Part shown: piece after piece, positions 25,963-34,121 of the stretch | How the letters are laid out: the number at the start of each line of letters is the position of its first letter | Position numbering within the stretch: the stretch's first letter is position 1 | DNA from: Actinomycetales bacterium | GTDB taxonomy: Bacteria; Actinomycetota; Actinomycetes; Actinomycetales; Microbacteriaceae | NCBI GenBank assembly: GCA_038251725.1 | Contig: JBBSBA010000006.1 | Location: forward strand, 4,308 to 68,307 | Length of the DNA: 64,000 nucleotides | Direction of reading: 5' to 3' | Translations under genes and position numbers: made by a program | The notes under the pieces: generated by a model | What the model was told of the DNA's origin: nothing | Seen by the model: the letters and a program-made list of their open reading frames with translations, nothing else | The model's database searches: none

Positions 25963-27399
25963 TCAGCGGCCGATGAAACTCATGACGTGTTTGACTCTCG
26001 TGTAGTCCTCGAAGCCGTAGGACGAGAGGTCCTTACCGTAGCCGGAGTGCTTGAATCCGCCGTGCGGCATCTCCGCCACGATCGGGATGTGCGTGTTAAT
26101 CCACACGCAGCCGAAGTCGAGGTGTTTGGCGAATCGCATGGCCCGCCCGTGATTCTGGGTCCAGACGCTCGACGCGAGGCCGAATTGCACGCCGTTCGCC
26201 CACTCGAGTGCCTGCGCCTCGTCGGTGAACTTCTGCACCGTGATCACCGGTCCGAAGATCTCGTTCTGCACCGCCTCGTCGGACTGCAGCAGCCCGGAGA
26301 CGATCGTCGCCTCGTGGAAATATCCCGTGGATCCCTGGCGGTGGCCGCCGACCTCGATCGTCGCGTTGTCGGGAAGCCGCTGGATGAATCCCTGCACCTG
26401 GGCGAGCTGGTTGACGTTGTTGACCGGCCCGAACAGGATGTTGCCGTCGTTCGGGGCTCCGGTCACTGCGTTCGCCCTGACATAGGCGGCGAGCGCGGCC
26501 ACGAACTCGTCGTGGATGCCGGCCTGCACGATGAGTCGGGTCGCCGCCGTGCAGTCCTGACCGGCATTGAAGTACCCGGCGACCGCGATGCCGGCGACGG
26601 TGGATTCGATGTCCGCGTCGTCGAAGACGATGACCGGCGCCTTGCCGCCGAGTTCGAGGTGCACGCGCTTGAGGTCGGATGCCGCGGACTTCGCGACCTC
26701 CATTCCCGCACGGACAGAGCCGGTGATGGACACCATCTGCGGGGTCGTGTGCTCGATCATCGCGGCACCGGTCGTGCGATCGCCGGTGATCACGTTGAGC
26801 ACCCCCGGCGGCAGGAATTCGGCCGCGATCTCGGCCAGAAAGAGGGTGGCCGACGGCGTCGTGTCCGAGGGCTTCAGCACGGTGGTGTTGCCAGCGGCGA
26901 TCGCCGGGGCGAACTTCCAGACCGCCATGTTGAGCGGGTAGTTCCAGGGTGTGACCTGCGCGATCACGCCGATCGGCTCGCGGCGGATCTGCGAGGTGTG
27001 GTCTTTCAGATACTCCCCGGAGGCCATGCCGCTCAGGTGACGGGCCTCGCCGGCGAAGAAGCGGATCTGGTCGACCGACAGCATGATCTCATCGGCCACG
27101 AGGCTCGCCCGTGGCTTGCCCGTGTCCTTGGACTCCAGGTCGGCGAACTTCTCCGCGTTGGCCTCGATCGCATCGGCGATGCGGAACAGCGCGAGTTGCC
27201 TCTCCCCCGGGGTGGTCTCACCCCATTCCTCAAAGGCCGTCGCCGCGGAGCGGAACGCGGAATCGACATCCGCAGCACTCGAGACGGGCGACGAGCCGTA
27301 GACCTCCTCGGTGGCCGGATCGATGAGGTCGAAGGACGACTCGGCGGTCGCCTCGACGTACTCGCCGTTGATGAAATTGCCCAGTTGCGCGCTGCTCAT
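25963..27399 (-). CDS. Gamma-aminobutyraldehyde dehydrogenase (ALDH family)
   Basis: TPWNYPL, LKPS, TGS, LELGGKAP, catalytic Cys in FNAGQDC, EIFGP, GGFKHSGYG; polyamine context. Confidence 0.88.
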   Translation of the reverse strand: MSSAQLGNFINGEYVEATAESSFDLIDPATEEVYGSSPVSSAADVDSAFRSAATAFEEWGETTPGERQLALFRIADAIEANAEKFADLESKDTGKPRASLVADEIMLSVDQIRFFAGEARHLSGMASGEYLKDHTSQIRREPIGVIAQVTPWNYPLNMAVWKFAPAIAAGNTTVLKPSDTTPSATLFLAEIAAEFLPPGVLNVITGDRTTGAAMIEHTTPQMVSITGSVRAGMEVAKSAASDLKRVHLELGGKAPVIVFDDADIESTVAGIAVAGYFNAGQDCTAATRLIVQAGIHDEFVAALAAYVRANAVTGAPNDGNILFGPVNNVNQLAQVQGFIQRLPDNATIEVGGHRQGSTGYFHEATIVSGLLQSDEAVQNEIFGPVITVQKFTDEAQALEWANGVQFGLASSVWTQNHGRAMRFAKHLDFGCVWINTHIPIVAEMPHGGFKHSGYGKDLSSYGFEDYTRVKHVMSFIGR

Positions 27400-27446
27400 G
27401 CTGCCCACCCTAGCGAGCGCATGCCCCTTTCACCACTCGAATCTTC

Positions 27447-27488
27447 TACCGATTCCGTAGCAAAATGCCCATTCACATGCGGATTCAC
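27447..27488. promoter_or_regulatory. Two candidate operator boxes in the ALDH/lrp divergent promoter
   Basis: TACCGATTCCGTA (27447-27459; its reverse complement matches 6760-6772 at 11/13) and TGCGGATTCAC (27478-27488; 10/11 to 6792-6802). Confidence 0.5.
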
Positions 27489-27523
27489 TTGTAGCAGGTC
27501 CGTTTGACTGACAGAATCAGGGC

Positions 27524-27991
27524 ATGACTCCGTTTCCGAAGCCGATGCACCTCGACGATGTGTCCAAGGCGATCATCGAACAACTGCAGGCCGATGGCCG
27601 TCGCAGCTATGCCGAGATCGGCAAGGCCGTCGGGCTCAGCGAAGCCGCGGTGCGACAGCGCGTGCAGAAGCTCACCGACGCGGGCGTCATGCAGGTGGTG
27701 GCCGTGACCGACCCGATGCAGCTCGGCTTCTATCGCCAGGCGATGATCGGAATCAGAGTCACCGGTGACACCACGTTGGTTGCCGAGAGGCTCGGGCGCA
27801 TCACCGCGGTGGACTACGTGGTGCTGACCGCCGGGAGCTTCGACATCCTCGCCGAGGTCGTGTGCGAGAACGACGAAGATCTCATCGACCTTCTCAACAA
27901 GGAGATCCGGGGCATTCCCGGAGTCCAGTCCACCGAAACATTCGTCTATCTCAAACTGCAGAAGCAGTTCTACAACTGGGGAACTAGATAA
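27524..27991 (+). CDS. Lrp/AsnC family transcriptional regulator
   Basis: LDDVSKAIIEQLQADGRRSYAEIGKAVGLSEAAVRQRV HTH; C-terminal RAM domain. Confidence 0.95.
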   Translation: MTPFPKPMHLDDVSKAIIEQLQADGRRSYAEIGKAVGLSEAAVRQRVQKLTDAGVMQVVAVTDPMQLGFYRQAMIGIRVTGDTTLVAERLGRITAVDYVVLTAGSFDILAEVVCENDEDLIDLLNKEIRGIPGVQSTETFVYLKLQKQFYNWGTR

Positions 27992-27993
27992 CC

Positions 27994-29415
27994 ATGACAA
28001 TGCCAACTCCCGTCGAGCCGTCCACCATTGCGCTCAGCCACGACGAAGCAGACCTCCAGCGAAAGGCCAAGGACCATCTCTGGATGCACTTCTCGCGCCA
28101 GTCCGTCATGGAGGACGGCCACGGCGTGCCCATCATCGTCAAGGGCAAGGGCCACCACATCTGGGACAGCAAGGGCAAGAAGTACATCGACGGCCTGAGC
28201 GGACTGTTCACCGTCAACGCCGGACACGGCCGCAGGCATCTCGCCCAGGTCGCGGCGAAGCAGGCCGAGGAACTGGCCTTCTTCCCGATCTGGTCGTACG
28301 CGCACCCGAACGCCATCGAGCTCGCCGACCGGCTCGCGTCCTACGCGCCGGGCGACCTCAACCGGGTGTTCTATTCCACCGGCGGCGGTGAGGCGGTCGA
28401 GACCGCCTTCAAGCTCGCCAAGTACTACTGGAAGCTGCAGGGACGCCCGACCAAGCACAAGGTCATCTCGCGCAATGTCGCGTACCACGGCACCCCACAG
28501 GGTGCTCTCGCCATCACCGGCATCCCGGCAATGAAGGAGATGTTCGAGCCCGTCACCCCCGGTGGTTTCCGTGTTCCGAACACGAACTTCTACCGCGCCG
28601 CCGAGATGAACGCCCCGACCGAGAGCGTGGAGATCTTCGGGATGTGGGCCGCCAACCGCATCGAAGAGATGATCCAGTTCGAGGGCCCCGAGACCGTCGC
28701 CGCCGTTTTCCTCGAGCCAGTGCAGAACTCGGGTGGCTGCTTCCCGCCGCCGCCCGGCTATTTCAAGCGCGTGCGCGAGATCTGCGACCAGTACGACGTG
28801 CTTCTCGTCGCCGACGAGGTCATCACCGCGTTCGGCCGGATCGGCAACATGTTCGCCTCGACCACCTATGGGATCGAGCCCGACATGATCACCTGCGCGA
28901 AGGGAATGACCAGCGGTTATTCCCCCATCGGCGCCACGATCGTGAGCGACAAGGTCTACGAGCCCTTCAAGCACGGCAACACGTCGTTCTACCACGGCTA
29001 CACGTTCGGCGGCCATCCCGTCTCTGCCGCCGTCGCGCTGGCCAACCTCGACCTGTTCGAGGAGGAGAAGCTCAACGAGAGGGTTCGCGAGAACTCGCCG
29101 GCCTTCCGCACCACCCTGGAGAGGCTGAAGGACCTTCCGATCGTGGGCGACGTGCGAGGCGATGGGTACTTCTTCGGAATCGAGCTCGTGAAGGACAAAG
29201 TCACGAAGGAGACCTTCGACGACGACGAGTCGGAGCGCCTGCTGCGCGGTTTCATGTCGAAGGCGCTCTTCGAGGCCGGGCTCTACTGCCGCGCCGACGA
29301 TCGGGGCGACCCCGTCATCCAGCTGGCGCCGCCGCTGACCATCGGCCAGAAAGAGTTCGACGAGATCGAGGACATCCTCCGCGGCGTGCTCACCGAGGCG
29401 TGGACCCGACTGTAG
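27994..29415 (+). CDS. Class III aminotransferase (omega-amine:pyruvate type)
   Basis: DGLSGLF, GGEAVE, YHG, LVADEVITAFGR, PLP Lys in AKGMTSGY, HGYTFGGHP. Confidence 0.9.
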   Translation: MTMPTPVEPSTIALSHDEADLQRKAKDHLWMHFSRQSVMEDGHGVPIIVKGKGHHIWDSKGKKYIDGLSGLFTVNAGHGRRHLAQVAAKQAEELAFFPIWSYAHPNAIELADRLASYAPGDLNRVFYSTGGGEAVETAFKLAKYYWKLQGRPTKHKVISRNVAYHGTPQGALAITGIPAMKEMFEPVTPGGFRVPNTNFYRAAEMNAPTESVEIFGMWAANRIEEMIQFEGPETVAAVFLEPVQNSGGCFPPPPGYFKRVREICDQYDVLLVADEVITAFGRIGNMFASTTYGIEPDMITCAKGMTSGYSPIGATIVSDKVYEPFKHGNTSFYHGYTFGGHPVSAAVALANLDLFEEEKLNERVRENSPAFRTTLERLKDLPIVGDVRGDGYFFGIELVKDKVTKETFDDDESERLLRGFMSKALFEAGLYCRADDRGDPVIQLAPPLTIGQKEFDEIEDILRGVLTEAWTRL

Positions 29416-29498
29416 AAGCCGAAACGCCACCTCCCGAACGCCTCCTCCCGTTCGGCACCGCCCATCCCCATCCCCCATCCCGGTTCGAAATGCAGGAT

Positions 29499-29543
29499 CG
29501 GATGGGGCGGGAGTCCACCGACAGCGGACTCCCGCCCCATCCG
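29499..29543. repeat. 18-bp perfect inverted repeat within a repeat-rich intergenic region
   Basis: CGGATGGGGCGGGAGTCC / GGACTCCCGCCCCATCCG with a 9-nt loop. Confidence 0.8.
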
Positions 29544-29629
29544 TCACGTTTGCTCCTTCATTTCGACGGTGGGCGGCATTGGACGGTGGGCGGAGCGCCC
29601 GGACTCGCAGAATCGAGAGAACGAAGAAG

Positions 29630-31006
29630 ATGACCACCTACCGTGAGCTGAGCTTCTGGTTCGATTCGCTCGCCGAGGCGGGGGCGGATGACCTGCTCCC
29701 GCGCCCGGCACTGCCCGGGTCGCTTGAGGTCGATGTCGCCATCGTCGGTGGCGGACTCACCGGGCTCTGGACCGCGTACTACCTGGCCAAGGCCGACCCG
29801 GGCCTCCGCATCGCTATCCTCGAGAAGGAGATCGCCGGCTTCGGCGCCTCCGGGCGCAACGGCGGATGGTGCTCGGCACTGTTCCCCGCCTCGACCGCCG
29901 CCCTCGCCCGGCGCCACGGGCGAGATGCCGCGCTCGCGATGCGCCGCGCCATGATCGACACCGTCGGCGAGGTCGGCCGTGTCTGCGAGGCCGAGGGCAT
30001 CGACTGCGACTTCGTGCGCGGTGGAACCGTCAGCCTCGCCCGCGGAACCGCCCAGCTCGCGGCGGCGCGGGCGGAAGTGACCGAAGCCGAACGCTGGGGC
30101 GTCGACGAGATCCAGTGGCGGGATGCCGCCCACACGCCCGACGGCGCGGTCGACGCGCTCGGTTCCACCTTCGATCCCGCGTGCGCGCGGGTGCAGCCGG
30201 CGAAGCTGGTGCGCGGCCTCGCCCGCGTGGTCGAACGCCTCGGCGTGTCGATCTACGAACAGACCGAGGTGCTCTCCTGGCTTCCGCATCGCGTTCTCAC
30301 CGCCAACGGAACGGTGTCGGCCGACACCATCGTCGTGGCGCTCGAGGGCTACGGCGCGGCCCTGCCGGCCACCCACCGCCGGGTCCTCCCCCTCTACTCG
30401 CTCATGATCGCCACCGAACCGCTCAGCGATGAGACGTGGCGGGAGATCGGGCTCGAGCACGGGCAGACCTTCGCCGACTTCCGACACCTGCTGGTCTACG
30501 GCCAGCGAACGGCGGACAACCGATTCGCCTTCGGAGGCCGGGGCGCCCGATATCACTTCGGAAGCAGCATCCGCTCCGAGTACGATCGCAATCCCGCCGT
30601 GTTCGACCATCTCACCCGCACGCTCGGCGAGCTGATCCCCGCGGCGAAGGCCGCGGACATCAGCCACCGCTGGGGCGGTCCGCTCGGGGTGCCGCGGGAC
30701 TGGCATGCGAGCGCAACCTTCGATCCGCCGACCGGCATCGCCTACGCCGGCGGCTACGTCGGCGACGGGCTCAGCACCACGAACCTCGCGGGACGCACCC
30801 TCACCGACCTGATCCTGGGCCGCGATACGGCCCTGGCGGCGCTGCCCTGGGCCAACCACCGGTCCCCGCAATGGGAACCCGAGCCGCTCCGATACATCGG
30901 CGCCAACCTCGGCACCACCGCGATGGGCATCGCCGACACCGAGGAACGGGTCACCGGCCGGCCCTCGATCGCCGCCCGCATCATGGCACCGCTGACGGGA
31001 CACTGA
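29630..31006 (+). CDS. FAD-dependent oxidoreductase (PuuB/OrdL-like, DAO family)
   Basis: IVGGGLTGLWTA, GASGRNGG, WGGPLG, GYVGDG; start re-picked at ATG 29630. Confidence 0.85.
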   Translation: MTTYRELSFWFDSLAEAGADDLLPRPALPGSLEVDVAIVGGGLTGLWTAYYLAKADPGLRIAILEKEIAGFGASGRNGGWCSALFPASTAALARRHGRDAALAMRRAMIDTVGEVGRVCEAEGIDCDFVRGGTVSLARGTAQLAAARAEVTEAERWGVDEIQWRDAAHTPDGAVDALGSTFDPACARVQPAKLVRGLARVVERLGVSIYEQTEVLSWLPHRVLTANGTVSADTIVVALEGYGAALPATHRRVLPLYSLMIATEPLSDETWREIGLEHGQTFADFRHLLVYGQRTADNRFAFGGRGARYHFGSSIRSEYDRNPAVFDHLTRTLGELIPAAKAADISHRWGGPLGVPRDWHASATFDPPTGIAYAGGYVGDGLSTTNLAGRTLTDLILGRDTALAALPWANHRSPQWEPEPLRYIGANLGTTAMGIADTEERVTGRPSIAARIMAPLTGH

Positions 31007-31023
31007 CTGCTCCGCGACCCCGC

Positions 31024-31032
31024 TGCTACGAT
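31024..31032 (+). promoter_or_regulatory. Extended -10 promoter element (TGcTACGAT)
   Basis: Matches TGnTAnnnT ~58 nt upstream of ATG 31090. Confidence 0.5.
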
Positions 31033-31089
31033 GCTGGAATCGGTGGGGGCCAGAACCGAGACACAGATTTTCAGGCGGATGACCAGGGG

Positions 31090-32157
31090 ATGATGACGCT
31101 CTTCGACTACGAGACGGCGCCGACCGCCGTCGGTGCACGTCGACGGCGTAACCCGCTCACCCGGGCGCTGCCCACCGTGCTCGCGCTCGCGCTCGTGGCC
31201 GCGGGAATCTTCGGCTTTCTCGGCTTCCAGCGCCTGGTCGACCAGTACACCGCATGGACCTTCAAGCCGTCGGCGGCGGTAACCACGATCCTCGACTCCG
31301 CCGACCTGACCGGTCAGGGGCGCCTGCTCTTCCTGGCGAGCAAGCCGGTGATCGAATCCGCTTCGACCTTCGCTTCGAATTGTGCGAGCAACCGGGAGGG
31401 CAGTGGAATCCTCGGCTGCTACGTGCCGCGCACTCGGTCCATTTACCTGTTCAATGTCACCGACAAGCGGCTCAGCGGACTCACCGAGGTGGTGGCGGCA
31501 CACGAGATGCTCCATGCGGCCTGGGACCGGATGAACACGGTCGAACGCCAGCAGGTGACGGCCCTGCTCGAGGCCGAGGCCGCAAAGCTCTCCGGGAACG
31601 CCGCCTTCCAGACCCGGATGGCCTACTACGCAAAGAACGAGCCGGGCCAGCGTGACAACGAACTCCACTCCATCATCGGCACGGAGGTCGCGTCGATCAG
31701 TCCTGCGCTCGAGGCTCACTACGCCACCTGGCTCGGTAATCGCCAGGCCATCGTCGCCCTTCAGGCGAAGACGAATGCCGTGTTCAGCGATCTGGCGAAG
31801 CGTTCGAACGACCTGACCACGGCGATGGACGCCCTTCAAACCACGATCAATACGGAGTATTCCGCCTACACCAGCGGATATGCGCAACTGAACGCGGACA
31901 TCCGGCGGTTCAACGCCCGCACCGATTTCACCTCCGTCCGAGAGGAAGATCAGGCCCGGCACGAGCTCGAGGTGCGGCGCGCGGCGCTCGACGCCCGCTA
32001 CGCCGACATCCTGGCGAAGACCGCCGACTACAACGCGGATCTCACCGAACTCACGGCGATCAGGGACCAGACCGCCGGGCTCAACGAGGCACTCAACCAC
32101 GCCCCGACCAAGGGCGGCATCCCGACGCCCACGCCGGCGAGCGGCTCCGGCGGTTAG
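31090..32157 (+). CDS. Membrane-anchored exported protein with a HEXXH zinc-metallopeptidase motif and C-terminal coiled coil
   Basis: Start at ATG 31090; TM helix LPTVLALALVAAGIFGFLG; ILGCY, VVAAHEMLHAAW, NELHS; heptad-rich C-terminus. Confidence 0.75.
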   Translation: MMTLFDYETAPTAVGARRRRNPLTRALPTVLALALVAAGIFGFLGFQRLVDQYTAWTFKPSAAVTTILDSADLTGQGRLLFLASKPVIESASTFASNCASNREGSGILGCYVPRTRSIYLFNVTDKRLSGLTEVVAAHEMLHAAWDRMNTVERQQVTALLEAEAAKLSGNAAFQTRMAYYAKNEPGQRDNELHSIIGTEVASISPALEAHYATWLGNRQAIVALQAKTNAVFSDLAKRSNDLTTAMDALQTTINTEYSAYTSGYAQLNADIRRFNARTDFTSVREEDQARHELEVRRAALDARYADILAKTADYNADLTELTAIRDQTAGLNEALNHAPTKGGIPTPTPASGSGG

Positions 32158-34121
32158 ACCCCCTCCGCCACCGGCGCCGCGAACTGCGCGTTGTACAGGC
32201 GGTAGTAGGCGCCCTCGGTCGCGAGAAGCTCGGCGTGCGTGCCCTGCTCAACGATGCTGCCGGCCTCCATCACGAGGATGAGATCCGCGTCGCGGATGGT
32301 CGACAGCCGGTGCGCGATGACGAAGCTCGTGCGGTCGGTGCGCAGCGCCCTCATGGCCTGCTGCACGAGCAGCTCCGTTCGCGTGTCGACCGAACTCGTG
32401 GCCTCGTCGAGTATGAGCACGCTCGGCCGGGCGAGGAACGCCCGCGCGATGGTGATGAGCTGCTTCTCCCCTGCGCTGACATTGGAGGCCTCGTCGTCGA
32501 GCACGGTGTCGTAGCCGTCGGGGAGCGCGTGCACGAACCGGTCGACGTAGCAGGCCGTCGCCGCCTCGAGGATCTCGGCCTCCGTCGCCCCGGTGCGTCC
32601 GTAGGCGATGTTGTCACGGATGGTGCCACCGAACAGCCAGGTGTCCTGCAGCACCATCCCGAGCCTCGATCGAAGGCTGTCTCGCGTGATTCTCGTGATG
32701 TCGACGCCGTCAAGGGTGATCCGCCCGGAGTCGAGGTCGTAGAACCGCATCATCAGGTTGACCAGGGTGGTCTTGCCCGCGCCGGTCGGCCCGACGATGG
32801 CGATGGTCTGGCCGGGATTCGCCGTGAGTGACAGGTCGTCGATGAGGGGCGTTTCCGGGTCATACCGGAAACTCACGTGTTCGAACGCGAGCCGACCGGG
32901 ACCGGGCGTCGGCGCGACGGCGTCGCCGGCATCCGGCGACTGCTCCTCGGCGTCGAGCAGCTCGAAGACGCGTTCCGCGCTCGCCACGCCGGACTGCAGC
33001 AGGTTGGCCATCGAGCCAAGCTGGCTGAGCGGCTGGGTGAAGTTGCGCGAGTACTGGATGAACGCCTGCACGTCGCCGATGCCGAGGGTACCCGATGCGA
33101 TCTTGAGCCCGCCGACGACGGCGATCCCCACGTAGACCAGGTTGCCGACGAACATCATCGACGGCATGATGATGCCGCTGATGAACTGGGCGCTGAAACT
33201 CGCCTGGAATAGCTCGTCGTTCTTGTCGGCGAATCTCGCCGTGACCTCGCGCTGGCGTCCGAACACCTTCACGAGCGCGTGCCCGGTGAAAGCCTCCTCG
33301 ATCTGGGCGTTGAGCGCCCCGGTGTGCGCCCACTGCGCGACGAACTTCTTCTGCGACCGCTTGGCGATCGTCGTCGTGATGAAAAGCGTGAGCGGGATGG
33401 TGACGAGGGCGATGAGCGCGAGCTCCCAGGAGATCGTGAACATGAGGATCAGCACACCGAGGACCGTGAGCACCGACGTGACGAGCTGGCTCAGGGTCTG
33501 CTGCAGGGTGGTCGAGATGTTGTCGATGTCGTTGGTCACCCGGCTGAGCAGTTCGCCGCGAGGGGTCCGATCGAAGTAGCCGAGCGGCAGCCGGTTGATC
33601 TTCGACTCGACGTCGCGCCGCATGCGGTAGACCGTGCGCTGGGTCACCCCGTTGAGCACGAACGCCTGAAGCCACTGGAACACCGAGGCGAACAGGTAGA
33701 GCGCGAGAACGACCGACAGCAGGCTGCCGAGGGCGCCGAAGTCGATGCCGTGGCCCGGATTCAGATTCATGCCGCTCAGAAGTGTCGCCTGCGCATCCTG
33801 CCCGTTCGCCCTGAGGCCGGCGATGATCTGCGCCTGCGTCGCTCCCGCCGGCAACTTCGACGAGAAGAATCCGTCAACGATGAGGTTCGTCGCGTTGCCG
33901 AGCAGCTTCGGCCCGGCGACGGTGAGCGCGACGCTCACGATGCCGAGCAGCACGACGCCGATCACCTTCGCGCGGTCCGGCCGCAGCCGCCCGAGGAGTC
34001 GCCGCGCGGACGGGCCGAAGTTCATCGATTTCTCCACGGGCATGCTCATGCCCGCCCATGGCCCTCCGGAGCCAGGTCCTCGTCGAACCGGGGGGCGATC
34101 CTGGGCCGATGCGTGGCTCAT
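32154..34121 (-). CDS. ABC exporter TMD-NBD subunit (consensus-site partner)
   Basis: GPTGAGKT, VSAGEKQ, LILDEATS, IAHRLST. Confidence 0.93.
   Translation of the reverse strand: MSHASAQDRPPVRRGPGSGGPWAGMSMPVEKSMNFGPSARRLLGRLRPDRAKVIGVVLLGIVSVALTVAGPKLLGNATNLIVDGFFSSKLPAGATQAQIIAGLRANGQDAQATLLSGMNLNPGHGIDFGALGSLLSVVLALYLFASVFQWLQAFVLNGVTQRTVYRMRRDVESKINRLPLGYFDRTPRGELLSRVTNDIDNISTTLQQTLSQLVTSVLTVLGVLILMFTISWELALIALVTIPLTLFITTTIAKRSQKKFVAQWAHTGALNAQIEEAFTGHALVKVFGRQREVTARFADKNDELFQASFSAQFISGIIMPSMMFVGNLVYVGIAVVGGLKIASGTLGIGDVQAFIQYSRNFTQPLSQLGSMANLLQSGVASAERVFELLDAEEQSPDAGDAVAPTPGPGRLAFEHVSFRYDPETPLIDDLSLTANPGQTIAIVGPTGAGKTTLVNLMMRFYDLDSGRITLDGVDITRITRDSLRSRLGMVLQDTWLFGGTIRDNIAYGRTGATEAEILEAATACYVDRFVHALPDGYDTVLDDEASNVSAGEKQLITIARAFLARPSVLILDEATSSVDTRTELLVQQAMRALRTDRTSFVIAHRLSTIRDADLILVMEAGSIVEQGTHAELLATEGAYYRLYNAQFAAPVAEGV

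Noticed and set aside
24838-27507. 889-aa plus-strand ORF
   Set aside because: Antisense to PP2C, FHA and ALDH; shadow frame.
30436-31089. N-terminal extension of the 573-aa ORF
   Set aside because: Out-of-frame overlap with the FAD oxidoreductase; the real gene starts at 31090 after its own promoter, so there is no fusion.
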